33,205 nucleotides of DNA from Malacoraja senta (Eukaryota), in assembly GCA_038087875.1 (NCBI GenBank), contig JAXLNO010000171.1:1-33205 (forward strand), given 5' to 3'. The stretch's first letter is position 1. The number at the start of each line of letters is the position of its first letter. Below are positions 10,639-22,357 of this stretch, in pieces. The notes under the pieces are model-generated. The model worked only from the letters and a program-made list of their open reading frames with translations, had not been told where the DNA came from and ran no database searches. The position numbers and the translations under genes are program-made.

Positions 10639-11398
10639 ACCACAGAGTCTGAGAGTTGTTAAAGTTGTGAGCTGGAAGTTAACATAGTGTGGTGCCTTAC
10701 GTTGCATTCATCAGAACACTTTCCCCTCACCACAGCTCTCAAGCTCTCTCAGTACCAGGTATTTACTTCAAAAAGACACAAAGTGCTTAACTCAATGAGG
10801 CAGGCAGCAACTCTGAAGGATGTGGATAGATGATGTTTCAGGTTGGAGCATTTAGTTCTCTAGATTGCAGTGAATCCTTATCCTTATAATGCAAGTGACC
10901 AACTGAGGCACAGTTGACATCGTAAGGGGAACCCAATAAATCAGCCCCATGATAGACTGTAGTTTAAACAATATGGGTTTAATTTCTGTTATCAGTTTAT
11001 CTATGGAATTCTGCTGGTGGTATGAATGTAGATCCCATGCTTTTGTCCTTTGAATGAATGCTTTTGGCAAGGATTTGAGAAATGTAGGTGAGCTGATTCT
11101 TGACTCACAAAGGAATGTCAAATCCAAGCTCACCTTACCTCTGTGCTATTTTTCCCACGACTCTTGAGATCCATGGTATATTCAGGGTTGGCAGCAGCTA
11201 AATTTGAACCGGTATTTGACATTGTATTTTAATTCATAAGCTGATGATATAACACCAAGCATAAAGGCAGCATTTTTCCATTGAACTGTACACTAATTGC
11301 TACAAACTGTGTGAAATGGATTTTGCTTGAATTTAAATATTTTTCCTCAATGAACTAAAATATGACAGCTAAAGAGTTCCAAATAACATCAAGAATTA

Positions 11399-13225
11399 TG
11401 GGGCGCACGATGATGCAGCAGTAGAGTTGCTACCTTACAGCGCCAGAGATCCTGACTACAGTGACTATAGTTCAATCCTGACTACGGGTGCTGCCTGTGC
11501 GGAGTTTTCCGTTCTCCCTGTGACCTGCGTGGGGTTTTTCCGGGTACTCTGGTTTCCTCCTACACTCCAAAGACGTACAGGTTTTTAGGTTAATTGTCAA
11601 GTCAGGAGAGTTTATTGTCATGTGTCCCAGATAGGACCAAGAAATTCTTGCTTGCTGCAGCAAAACAGAGTATTGTAAGCATAAATACAGAATAGTTCAG
11701 TGTGTCTATACAGCATAGACCATATATATATGTACACATAAATAAACAGATAAAGTGCAATAGGCTGTTATAGTTCAGAGTTTGTTTGATGGAGAGTTTA
11801 AGAGCCTGATGGCTGTGGGGAAGTAGCTGTTCCTGAACCTGGATGTACCAGATTTCAGGCTCCTGTACCTTCTACCTGATGGCAGCGGAGAGACGAGTGT
11901 GTGGCCAGGATGGTGTGGGTCCTTGATGATGTTGGCATCTTTTTTGAGGCAGCGACTGCGATAGATCCCTTCGATGGTGGAGAGGTCAGAGCTGATGATG
12001 GACTGGGCAGTGATTACAACTTTCTGCATTCTTTTCCGCTCCTGGACGCTCAAGTTGCCGAACCAAGCAACGATGCAACCAATCAGCATGCTCTCTACTG
12101 TGCACCTGTAGAGGTTTGAGAGTGTCCTCTTTGACCTACCGACTCTCCGTAATCTTCTCAGGAAGTAGAGGCGTTGATGTGCTTCCTTTATAATTGCATC
12201 AGTGCTGGGACCAGGAAAGATCTTCGGAAATATGCATGCCCAGGAATTTGAAGTTCTTGACCCTTTCCACCATGATATAAACGGGATTGTGGGTCCCTAT
12301 CCTACTCCTTCCAAAGTTCACAATCAGTTCCTTGGTTTTGCTGGTGTTGAGAGCCAGGTTATTCTGCTGGCACCATTTTGTCAATCGATCGATCTCACTT
12401 CTATACTCTGACTTGTCAACATCAGTGATACGTCCCACAACAGTGGTGTCGTCGGCGAACTTGATGATGGAATTCGCACTATGTCCAGCTACACAGTCAT
12501 GAGTATAGAGTGAGTACAGCAGGGGGCTGAGCACGCAGCCTTGAGGTGCTCCCGTGCTGATTGTTATCGAGGATGACACATTTCCACCAATACGGACAGA
12601 CTGCAGAAAGATGCGCAGAGACACAGATCTGAGAGCTTGGTAACCAGCTTGGAGGGGATGATGGTGTTAAACGCCGAGCTGTAGTCAATGAATAACAGCC
12701 TGACATATGAGTTTTTGTTGTCCAAGTGGTCCAGAGTGGAGAGCCAGCGAGATCGCATCCACCGTTGATCTGTCGTGACGGTAGGCAAACTGCAGTGGGT
12801 CCAGGTTTTTGTCGAGGTAGGAGTTGATTTGCGCCATGATCAACCTCTCAAAGCACTTCATCACCACCGACTTTAGTGCCACTGGTCGATAGTCATTGAG
12901 GCACGTCACCTTGCTCTTCTTGGGCACCGGTATAATTATTATTTTTTAAATGTTTTAAAATTATTTTTTTATTTTTTATTAGAAGTAATAAAATTGGTCC
13001 GCACAGGTTTTTAGAACACGACCGGGTATACCATCAGGTCCAGGCGCTTTTCGAGGGTTCACTTCCCTGAAGGATCTTCTGATGTCGGCCTCTGTGACTG
13101 TGACTATTAATTGGGTAAAAAAGAATTGTAAATTGTGTAAAGTGTAGGATAGCGCTAGTGTACAGGGGGATCGCCGACTCGGGCTTGGTGGGCCGATGGG
13201 CCTGTTCACATGCTGTATCTCCAAA
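11399..13225 (+). mobile_element. HE1-type SINE split by a Rex1 insertion (head 11399-11596, tail 13107-13225)
   Basis: The two halves join at the duplicated TTAATTG (11590-11596, 13107-13113). Confidence 0.85.
11597..13106 (-). mobile_element. Rex1/Babar-clade LINE, 5'-truncated, RT pseudogene
   Basis: [85 protein letters not shown] and LPSGRRYRS occur in several frames. 7-bp TSD. Confidence 0.93.
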
Positions 13226-13521
13226 TGGAAAATTACGTTTTGGATTATGGGACAACAAGGCTTGGCTGGCCATGTAAATGGTAAATCACAGCTGTATATT
13301 CACTGATATCAGTTCCTATTGCATTAAGCTGAAGGTCCTTTAGGTCACAACTCAAATCCTATGGATTTGGTATAAGGTTTAGAAAGCCTTGTAGAAATAT
13401 TTAATGGGGGAATGTTTGTGGCAAGTGTGGTATTCTGTAAAATCTTTCCTCTATCTCATGAGGCAAGATAGACCCAAACTGCTCAATGTGGATGTTTTAC
13501 AAATGTATTGATTTTATTCAG

Positions 13522-13567
13522 CGTAACTTGTGTGACCAGCGGTCTCTGGAGAAATGGATGGAGCTCG
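13522..13567 (+). CDS. Candidate internal exon of an unidentified host gene
   Basis: attttattcAG acceptor and G|GTGAGC donor. The phase-0 reading is RNLCDQRSLEKWMEL. Confidence 0.35.
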
Positions 13568-13689
13568 GTGAGCTACTGATTAATGTGAGGGAATTTATGT
13601 TAGGCAGTGTAGCTTTTAGCAGTTTGACAGAACTATTGTATTACATCATAAGGTCAACAATATAATGATACCATTTAGCCGCATGAAGT

Positions 13690-14108
13690 TAGACACAAAA
13701 AGCTGGAGTAACTCAACGGGTCAGGCAGCATCTCTGGAGAAAAGGAATAGGTGACGTTTCAGGACGAGATCCTTCTTCAGACTGAGATTCAAGGGAAAAG
13801 GGAAACGAGAGCTTAACTGTGATATTGAGAGATATAGAACAAATGAATGAAAGATATGCAAGGTAATGATGATGAAGGAAACGGTCCATTGTTAGCAGTG
13901 GTCCAGGTTTAAGAGTTATACAGACAATGAAACTCACCAGGACAACAGTGAAACTAGTACAATGACTAGGGTGGGGAAGGGATGAGGAGAGAGGGGATGC
14001 AAGGGTTACTTGAAGTTAGAGAAATCAATGTTCATACCACTGGGGTGTAAGCTGCCCAAGTGAAGTATGAGGTGCTGTTCCTCCAATTTGCGTTAGGCCT
14101 CACTCTGA
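13690..14108 (-). mobile_element. Penelope-like element 3' end / pLTR
   Basis: The reverse complement is homologous to 8100-8480. A hammerhead motif lies at 13753-13780. Confidence 0.85.
13753..13780 (-). ncRNA. Minimal hammerhead ribozyme motif
   Basis: CUGAAGA-AGGA(UCUCG)UCCU-GAAA-CG-UC; the core is intact. Confidence 0.65.
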
Positions 14109-14124
14109 TGAATGGTCCAGTGTA

Positions 14125-14580
14125 AGCAGACAAGGGTTGTGGGTACATGGAACGAGCTTCCAGAATAAATAGTTGAGGCAGGTTCAATAACTACATTTCA
14201 AAGACGCTTGGACAGCTTTATGCAATTGAACCGACATCAGTGAAAGTTCTGTGGTGAATTACCATTTACATATATAGGACAGATATTGCCACAGACGGCA
14301 GTGGAGGCCAAGTTAATGGGTATTTTCAAGGCGGAGATTGACAGATTCATGAGTAGTAAGGGTGTCGGGGGTTATGGGCGAAGGCAGGAGAATGGAGTTG
14401 AGAGGGAAAGATAGATCAGCCATGATTGAATGGCGGAGTAGATTGGATGGACCAAATAGCATTCTTCTCTTAGATCTTATGCACTTTTATGAAGATGAGC
14501 TTAAATGAAGCACCTTGCGGCACCTTGGTTGGTATTGACAAGTTGGGCCGAAGGACCTGTTTACGTGCATATGACTATGG
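14125..14580 (+). mobile_element. Cluster of degenerate CR1/HER1 3'-end fragments
   Basis: TGGAACGAGCTTCCAG, GGCAGTGGAGGCCAAG...GATCAGCCATGATTGAATGGCGG and GGGCCGAAGGACCTGTTT match the CR1 tails elsewhere in the window. Confidence 0.7.
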
Positions 14581-15078
14581 TTATAATTAATGGCCACATC
14601 TGCTGAGAACTGTGCTGAAAATAGTGAGCGGCAGCACATTAACACCTTCATTCCTTGACAGGGCTCCTGCAAAATGATTCTCCAAGATTGCAGAATGCAA
14701 CTCCTGCAACCAGCATTGGAACTATTGGATGGCTGCATCCTCATCCTTTAACATCTGTGCTTAACAAATGATCAACGTTTACCTGCATGATATAAATCCA
14801 ACACGTCCTTAAAAGAAGTCAGCAGAAATTACACTAGAGATTCAGACCATTAGCATAACCGTTCCCTTGTTGCTGTCTATTTGGCCAACAAATAACATTC
14901 ACTTCTTTTGATTAACGTCGACGTAACTAATTCAAATATATTTTGCAACTCGCGTGTAACTCACTGGTGCAATGGATTGTGATTAACGTTGGTCGGGAAT
15001 AAAATCCTTTGCAAGTCCTCCATGGACAGCCTGCTAATCAAGATCCTTCCTTGCAAAGCTGCGGCTGTCTCTTGATTA

Positions 15079-15285
15079 GAACGGAGGGCTGGAGGAACTT
15101 AGCACGTCAGGCAGCATCTATGGAGAGAATGGATAGGCATCATTTTGTATCAGGATCTTTATTCAGACTGAAGAAGGGTCGCAACCCGAAATATCACCTA
15201 CCCTTTCCCTGCTGCCTGACCCGTTGAGTTCCTCCAGACCTTTGTCTTTTGCTCAATATTCCAGCATCTGCCATTCCTTGTGTCT
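15079..15285. mobile_element. PLE pLTR-derived fold-back mini-insertion
   Basis: TSD CTGTCT(C/A)TTGATTA (15065-15078, 15286-15299; 13/14). The inverted arms meet at TTCAGACTGAAG. Confidence 0.8.
15168..15195 (+). ncRNA. Minimal hammerhead ribozyme motif
   Basis: CUGAAGA-A-GGGU(CGCA)ACCC-GAAA-UA-UC; core intact, stem III palindrome AUAU, AUC triplet. Confidence 0.6.
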
Positions 15286-15451
15286 CTGTCTATTGATTAC
15301 TTGACGTTTCCATCACTTAAATCCGACTGAAGTGCTGAATGTACGACAAGATATCTTTCAAAGAGGTTTTGTTATAGTTTTTACACTATGATCATTTGCT
15401 ATGTTTCTAGACATGAAGAATGACAACCAGGATTGGCTGCACCATTGATAA

Positions 15452-15545
15452 TAGACACAAAATGCTGGAGTAACTCAGCGGGACTGGCAGCATCTCAGGA
15501 GAGAAGGAACGGGTGATGTTTTGGCTCGAGACCCATCTTCAGACC
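15452..15545 (-). mobile_element. PLE pLTR-derived mini-unit with a decayed hammerhead
   Basis: Similar in extent and sequence to 348-441. No clear TSD. Confidence 0.75.
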
Positions 15546-16026
15546 ATCTCTTGCTTGTCCACATCATTACTGGTCTATGGAGAAAATCTATGTCATTGAT
15601 CAGACTGTTGAATTTGTTCCAATGGTAGCTCGTATGCTTTTAAATCAGGTGAATGTGGAGCCCATTAAAACATTAGATACCGTCATCAAAAGCAAAGCCC
15701 AGCCTGATGCAAGGATAGGCACTGCAATTGGTATGGAATTTCTGTGAGAGGCACTGGCGTACTGTGAAGTGGAATGCCTGTTGATTTTATCAAGGGAAAT
15801 GGACACCTCTCTGCTTTCTTCCCGCTAGCTCATATTTTAATCCACTTTGTTTCTTACTCCCTGCCTCCATACCTCTAAAGCTTGTCTAATAATCTCCCAA
15901 GTGGTTATGCTGTCAAAGCCTTTACTAAACTGTTAATATCCCATGGCAATATTTCAGGAGAATTGACTGCAACCACTTGCAGTGTTCCAGCTAAATAGCC
16001 AAAGTGACAGGTTTTGTCTTTTGCAG

Positions 16027-16060
16027 GACCTGCGTTTACTACCAGTGGGACGAGGGGCAG
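16027..16060 (+). CDS. Candidate 34-nt exon of an unidentified host gene
   Basis: Strong acceptor ttttgtcttttgcAG and donor CAG|GTTAAG. The phase-2 reading TCVYYQWDEGQ ends in phase 0. Confidence 0.45.
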
Positions 16061-16434
16061 GTTAAGATTTGACCTCTCGTCATGGGTGTTCTTCCATACC
16101 TCGGTGATCGTCCTAAGGCTGGAAGCCTGGAACCATGAGGCAAATTTTCAGGTTGAGTGCTCAGCAATTTAGAACTCAAAAGATGGAAATGTCATAGTTC
16201 TCGGCTTTGGGGAGGTCACCGATGCTAAGGGATTGCATCTCTTTATGGCTGAGTTGATAGGTTTCTGGACACTCGGAAGAAAACGGACCGGACTCAGAAT
16301 CCATCTCATGCACGTGAGTGGAAACACAGGGAGTAACATTGCTGACTACTAACTTTATTGCTCATGTTCTCATCTTTTTGCACCATCTTCCTCACAACTC
16401 CACTAATGCTATCCTTGAAAATTTTAGAATAACA

Positions 16435-16600
16435 ATCTATGAACAAAGACACTTGCTCAGGTACATGGATAGGAAAGGTTGAGAGGGATATGGGCCAAAT
16501 ATGGGCAAATGGGACTGTCTTCGTTGAGGTATCTTGGTTGCCATGGACAAGTTGAGTTGAACAGCATATTTCCGTACCATATGATTGTATGACTCTATAA
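16435..16600 (+). mobile_element. HER1-type CR1 3' end fragment
   Basis: CAGGTACATGGATAGGAAAGGTTGAGAGGGATATGGGCC...GTATGACTCTATAAC matches 26700-26848 and 32085-32243. Confidence 0.75.
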
Positions 16601-16855
16601 CTAAAATTGTAAACTTTTTGGAAATAGTAATGACCAAAAACTCCTAAAACCACTACCTGCCATTCCACCATGTCACAGAATGAAAGGGATTATGATGTTG
16701 CGGATGAGATGAAAATAACCCTTCTTGTTAAGTTACGCAAATGATGTCGGGAATGTTCGACATAAATAATCGTCTACTAAAAATGAAAGCCCTGGGTCAA
16801 ATATGCTGCATTGACTGCACGTCCAAAGTTTGTGATCCAAATTATACTGGACTGG

Positions 16856-17063
16856 TGTGGGAAGGAACTGCAGATGTTAGTTTATACTAAAGATAGTCAC
16901 AAAATGCTGGAGTAACTCAGGGGGTAAGGCAGCATCTCTAGAGAGAAATAATAGGTAATGTTTTAGGTCTGAAGAAGGGGCCCAACCTGAAATCTCACAT
17001 TCTTTTTCTCCTAAGATGCTGCCTGACCCGCTGAATTACTCCAGCATTTGGTGTCTATCTTTA
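16856..17063. mobile_element. PLE pLTR-derived fold-back mini-insertion
   Basis: TSD ATA(C/T)TGGA(C/T)TGG (16844-16855, 17064-17075; 10/12). Inverted arms of about 75 bp surround a decayed hammerhead at 16969-16996. Confidence 0.8.
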
Positions 17064-17156
17064 ATATTGGATTGGGACTAATGATACATTTTCATTTGAT
17101 ATACTGACTGCTCTCAATATGCTCCCATTGGGCTCATCAGTCAAGTGGAATATTAA

Positions 17157-17944
17157 TGGGCCTGTCCCACTTAGGCGATTTTTCAGCGGACTGTCGGCGA
17201 CTGTCAAGTTGCCGACAGTCGCCTGAAAAACAGGGAACTGGAACAGCGACTGTCAGAGTGGAACACACACACAAACACATCGCTTCCTTCACCAGCCCGT
17301 GTGAATTTTTTAGACAGCGCTCTCCCCGCTTGCCCTGCCAAAAATTTCACACGGTGCAAAGCCAATGTGATACAGACACACGCCGCGATGAACAGGAAGG
17401 TTGGCGCTGTAAAAGACGGCTAAAGCACAGTGTATCGTAAGTCCTTTAAAAGAGGGGGGGAAGAGGGGGGTAGAGGGGGAGAAGGAGTAGAGACAACTTT
17501 TAAGAAGCCAGAGATACACGGCTGTGAAGCTCGGCGGACATTTAACATTACCGGTCGGTTATCCTTGGTTCTGAAAACTACTGCTTACCTTTTTTTCCCC
17601 AATGAGCCAATGAAATTCACCAGTCAGCACCGGCTGCAACCTACGAGAACCTCCGAGAACCTTCGATCTCCTGGCAACCATTTGGACCTCCTGGCGACCC
17701 ACCTACGGCTCGAGAATTCTCGCTACTCTCCATGCCGGCTTCATTCTAGTCGCCGCTAATTTTTCAACATATTGAAATATTCACGGCGACCATAATGAGG
17801 TGGCGACCAGTTCCCAGAATGTGGGAACTCCTCATGACCATGAAGGCGACTCCTTGGCAACCACCCGCGAACATGTGGCGACCATGTGGCGACCGCAGAG
17901 TCTCCTGCAGTCGCCTAAAAAGTCGCCGAAGTGGGACAGGCCCA
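17157..17944. mobile_element. PIF/Harbinger-type non-autonomous element (788 bp)
   Basis: TIR TGGGCCTGTCCCACTT(A/C)GGCGA(T/C)TTTT and a perfect TAA / TAA TSD. Confidence 0.88.
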
Positions 17945-18052
17945 TAACCTTCAAAGACCCTCTCGGGCCTTCATCTTTAATTGCAAACCTGATGAAAAAT
18001 AGCAGACTGAGGAAGATCCAATTCTTAGTTGATAGTTTCATCTACGGTATAT

Positions 18053-18355
18053 GTTTCGTTTAGTTTAGTTTAGTTTAGATAAGTTTAGTTTCGTTTAGAG
18101 ATACAGCGCAGAAACAGGCCCTTCAGCCCACCGAGTCCACACCAACCAGTGATCAACCACACACTAGTTCAATGTTATCCCACCTTCGCATCTTATACAC
18201 TAGGGGCAATTTAATGAAGCCAATTAACATAAACCTGTATGTCTTTGGAATATGGGAGGCAACCGGACCACCCAGAGAAAACCTACACAATAAAAGAGAG
18301 AACATGCAAACTCAGCACAGACAGAACACATAGTTAGGATTGAACCCAGGTCTCT
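18053..18355 (-). mobile_element. HE1-type SINE
   Basis: (TTTAG)n tail, GAAACAGGCCCTTCAGCCCACCGAGTC, V-domain and box B on the minus strand. Confidence 0.88.
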
Positions 18356-19035
18356 CACATTTCTGCATTTTCTTTCTCCTCTTTTCTTTGCTCAGCCCAC
18401 TACCTACTTCCCTTTTTCTTCCCCTTCTCCATTTGAAGTCTTTGTTTCTCCTGTTTAAAATGGGACTTATCAACCGATATCTAGTCAGGTAAAAGCTAAA
18501 GCCCAGTCTGTATTTGATCTGACCCTGGCCATTCCAAGCTCAACCTGAGCCTATGTGCTTGCATTTTTCTCCTTATCCCATGCAAACTGGGCCATTTGCA
18601 GAATATTACGACATTGACATCCAAGCCCTGGAAACAGTCACCATCCACATTGCATCCCTCTACCCTCACCCTTCCCAAACACTCCTATACCCCTCACTCT
18701 GCTCAAGGACAGACGTCGCTGCCTGATCCCGGCACTGAGGCAGATGGAGTCATTACTCAAGAAACTATGGAGATCCCGGGCAATTTCCCCACTCCCTTTG
18801 CTGAGAATGATAGTCCACTGCTGACAGCAAGTCCAACTTGAAACCCACACCTGAAAATCAGCCTCCCATTGCAAGTCAAGGCCAGGAGTCTGTGTACGAT
18901 AGTCTGCAGCAGCTGACATTGAGTTAAAGTGACCAGAATACAGTACGGCATCAGCCAGCATGCCTTGGTCTGACCCATCCTGACCCAAGCACAATGATTG
19001 CACAGAATATCAGTCTGACCATGAACCTGGCATCA

Positions 19036-19345
19036 TTAGACATTAGACTTTAGAGACACAGCACAGAAACAGGCCCTTCTGCCCACCGAGTCCTCGCCGA
19101 CCAGTGATCACCCCGTACACTAGCACTATCCTACATGCTAGGGGCCATTTACAATTTTACCCAAGCCAATTAACCTACAAACCTGTACATCTTTGTAGTG
19201 TTGGAGGAAATCGGTGCACCCAGAGAAAACCCACGCTGTCACAGAGAGACCTTACAAACTCTGTACAGACAGCACCCCTGGTCAGGATTGAACCCGAGTC
19301 TCCAGCACTGTAAGGCAGTAACTCTACCGCTGCACCACCGTGCCC
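19036..19345 (-). mobile_element. HE1-type SINE
   Basis: Complete head GGGCACGGTGGTGCAGCGGTAGAG, box B, V-domain and tail. Confidence 0.9.
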
Positions 19346-19439
19346 TCCCCTGCGCCATGGTGCTGCCTCTGAACCTGTTGGGTTCCATCTACTTCTCATG
19401 GAACTTTATTATTATAACCTTGTTTCATAAGTTCAGTGG

Positions 19440-19627
19440 TTAAGGATATTGCCGGCTGCCTATTGCATTACATTGTTATTTTTAAAATGTATTGAGCACT
19501 TTTATGATGGTGTCTACTGAGCACTGTGTTTACATACCTGTTGGGCTGCAGCAAGTAAGAATTTCAATGTTCGGTTTCAGGATAGATGACAATAAAACAC
19601 TCTTGACTTGACTCTTGACTCTTGACC
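19440..19627 (+). mobile_element. Rex1-type 3' UTR/tail fragment
   Basis: GCTGCAGCAAGTAAGAATTTC...ATGACAATAAA..(CTTGACT)n mirrors the Rex1 terminus at 11597-11662. Confidence 0.7.
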
Positions 19628-19872
19628 AAGTTGGCTGGTGTGGGCAAATTGGGCCAAGGGGCCTGTTTCCACACTGTGTGACTATGACTTTGAAACTTCG
19701 AAATATACATTCAGCAAGTATTGTCTGTTGAAGTGATGTTCGGTTAAATGTTCTAATAGTTGGATTCCTCATTATTGCATGTTTCAACTTTTCTACGTAT
19801 TCAAAACATTCCTCTCTTCCCTGGTATAATAATGATTTGGAAATCATTCTATGCCATTTTATTTTGACAAAG

Positions 19873-19946
19873 AAGACAGCGTCAGATGAAAAGAAGCCTT
19901 TTCATGTTCTTATACCTTTGACTGAATTCCCAAATCATTATTGGCA
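19873..19946 (+). CDS. Candidate 74-nt exon of an unidentified host gene
   Basis: ttttattttgacaaAG acceptor and GTAAGT donor. Only one frame is open (phase 0 to 2): KTASDEKKPFHVLIPLTEFPNHYW. Confidence 0.5.
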
Positions 19947-20493
19947 GTAAGTATCTTAAATTATATAACATTTTTGATTACAGCTGAGTATTCCAAAATA
20001 TTAAAGACATCATTTAGATTACGGTAATTATAGTTAATGACAAATGTGGTCACAGGTTCATTCTTGCATGCAATGAAATGCAAATTAACTCCTTAGGCAG
20101 TAGAATCCATAACAAAAAAGTGAACTCAGGAGCAATCCACTCAATGTCATTATCCAACAGTTATTCATATTAAACTCGTCAGTTAATAAAACACATGTCT
20201 GTTAACAAGGCTTCTTGAAATTTTCTGCCAGATTGTCATTCAAATATTTTCAGAGGAACTGTCATATCAGCAATGTTACATCTCTGCTGGGAAATGGTGT
20301 GAGCCATCAATTAGCATTCATCTAATGTGGAGCAGTTATAGAATTGTGGATACCGAAGGAGGCCGTTCAGCCCACTGTGATCTGGTTGGTTCTTTTGGAG
20401 AACTCTTCAATTAATTCTATAAACACAACAATTTAATCTCAGTCCTGGTCATTTTCCTTTGCAATTATAAACCAACTTCTCTTTTGAAAGTTA

Positions 20494-21142
20494 AGGGCCT
20501 GTCCCACTTAGGCGATTTTTTAGGCGACTGCCGGCGACTGTCAAAGTCGTAGCAGGTCGCCGAAAAAACGGCTACTGGACCCCCCCTACGACAATGTCTA
20601 CGACAATGTCTACGACAATGTCCACGACAAGCTACGGCAACCTACCACCTAGTCGACGTCAAGCTACGGCAAGCTACCGACAACCGGCGACCCATTAGGA
20701 CGTCCACCTACGACCACAACCTACGGCAACCAAAGTCAACCTACCTCCACCCGCGACAAGCAACGACAAGCAATGACCCTGTCAGCGACAACTGAAGACA
20801 ACTGAAGACAATTCAGTTGCCGGTACCTGTCGCCGGTTGACGAAGGTTGACGTAGGTAGTCATCAATGGAATTCACCGAAGTCAGCACCGGCGACAACCT
20901 ACGTCACGTGGCAAGAACCTACGACAGCACCTACAGTACGTCAGGAGAAGTCAAGCTACGCTCATTTGCGTCAACCCACTTTTTGAACATGTTGAAAATC
21001 CAGCGTCGACCAGAAAGACACTACAAATCTTTGGGCGACCGAGGAGACGACTCACGACCCTACAGGCGATATCCAGCGACCATGTGGTGACAGCCTATTC
21101 GCCTGTAGTCGCTTGAAAATTAGCCTAAGTGGGACAGGCTCT
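20494..21142. mobile_element. PIF/Harbinger-type non-autonomous element (649 bp) with internal CTACGACAA repeats
   Basis: TIR AGGGCCTGTCCCACTTAGGC(G/T)ATTTT, TTA / TTA TSD, and about three copies of CTACGACAATGT at 20586-20630. Confidence 0.88.
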
Positions 21143-21552
21143 TTACTGCTTTCAGCAGGCATTACAGATCTTTACAACCTTCTTTGTAAATTAAAATCTC
21201 ATCTCGCTGTCTCTCACCCCCAATTTTCTTTGCCAATGAACTTAAATTTACATCCAATTACTGTTGACTCCCCTCCCTGTGGAAATAAGATTATCTTTGC
21301 CTTTCCAATCATTTCATGATTTCTAATACAATCATTTCATGATTTCTAAATTCTGTACTTACAGTGTCAAATTTTGATAGCTCTACTGTTATCAGCTTTT
21401 GAGAAAATTCTATTCTTATTGCAAAAGCTACAAATTACATTCAAATAAGGCAGTTTTTGTTCATGTTTAGTGGAAAAATCATGGAGCTTTATGGGGGTAG
21501 ATGTTTTCGAAATATTCTGACTGCTTTTGTTTATGTTTATATTTATTATTTT

Positions 21553-22137
21553 AGATGCCCTGTTGAAATAGGCCCTTTGGCCCACTGAGTCCACGCTGAT
21601 CATCATCACCATCGGCGGTCACTCGAAACGAGTATGACTATCCTCTCCTCTCCATAAGGTTGTCTACTTCTGGGTTTGCAGATGTCTGTAGAGGCCGATC
21701 CGTGATCCACACACCTTGGTGCAATGTGGGCAGTGGAGACTGGTGGTTGTTAGTCGTCGAGCCCCCTTCTCTCTCTCCTTACAGTGCTGTCGCTTTGTCT
21801 CTGCGACACGGCGTAGTTCCATTTCGTGACGTGCAATGCCTTCCTGCACGGATTTCCTCCAGGACCACCTGTCCGGTGCAATGTGCTCCCAGTTGCTCGA
21901 TGCCGATCATCAATCACCCGTGCACTAGTTCTATGTATCACACACCAGAGGCAATTTACAAGAAGCCAATTAACCTGCAAACCTGTTCGTCTTTGGAACG
22001 AGGGAAGAAACCGGAGCACCCCCACACAGTCACAGGAAGAACGTACAAACTCCGCACAGATAGCACCCTTAGTCAGGATCAAACCCGGGTCTCTGGCTCC
22101 ATCAGGAAGCAGCTGAACTGCTGCCCACTGTGCCGCT
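21553..22137 (-). mobile_element. HE1-type SINE interrupted by an RTE fragment
   Basis: The tail is at 21553-21605 and the body/head at 21902-22137. Confidence 0.82.
21606..21901 (-). mobile_element. RTE-clade LINE 3' end
   Basis: ORF end LHCPHCTKVCGSRIGLYRHLQTQK resembles the RTE C-terminal C2H2-like motif. (GAT)n tail. TSD GC(T/C)GATCATCA (21595-21605, 21902-21912). Confidence 0.8.
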
Positions 22138-22254
22138 TTGAATGTGCATAAGAGCCTGGACCTACCCAAGAATTCCTGGAGAGGCTAGATTGGGCTTCAG
22201 CAAAAGAGACATCTATTTATGGTGCTTAGTTCCTGCTCACGATAGGATTTTTAC

Positions 22255-22357
22255 TAAGATAGACACAAAATGCTGGAATAACTCAGTGGGTCAAGCAGCA
22301 TCTCTGGGGAAAAGGAATTGGTGACGCTTTGGGTCGGAATCCTTCTTTAGATTCTTC
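22255..22357 (-). mobile_element. PLE pLTR-derived mini-insertion with a decayed hammerhead
   Basis: TSD AGGATTTT(T)AC (22244-22254, 22358-22367). Same unit as 348-441. Confidence 0.75.

Noticed and set aside
11139..11222. Possible minus-strand first exon MSNTGSNLAAANPEYTMDLKSRGKNSTE with a GTAAGG donor
   Set aside because: It is isolated, has no partner exon I could find, and lies opposite the better-supported + strand chain.
18496..19003. ORFs of 60-121 aa in unexplained sequence
   Set aside because: There are no recognisable motifs or convincing splice pairs; it is probably an old decayed repeat.
20254..20298. Possible exon after ttttcAG
   Set aside because: The donor is ambiguous, several frames are open, and it is not needed for phase continuity.
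20586..20810. Repeat array resembling CRISPR
   Set aside because: The units are 9-12 bp without regular unique spacers, they lie inside a TIR element, and there are no cas genes.
21306..21349. 21-bp direct duplication CAATCATTTCATGATTTCTAA
   Set aside because: It looks like an ordinary local slippage duplication with nothing inserted between the copies.
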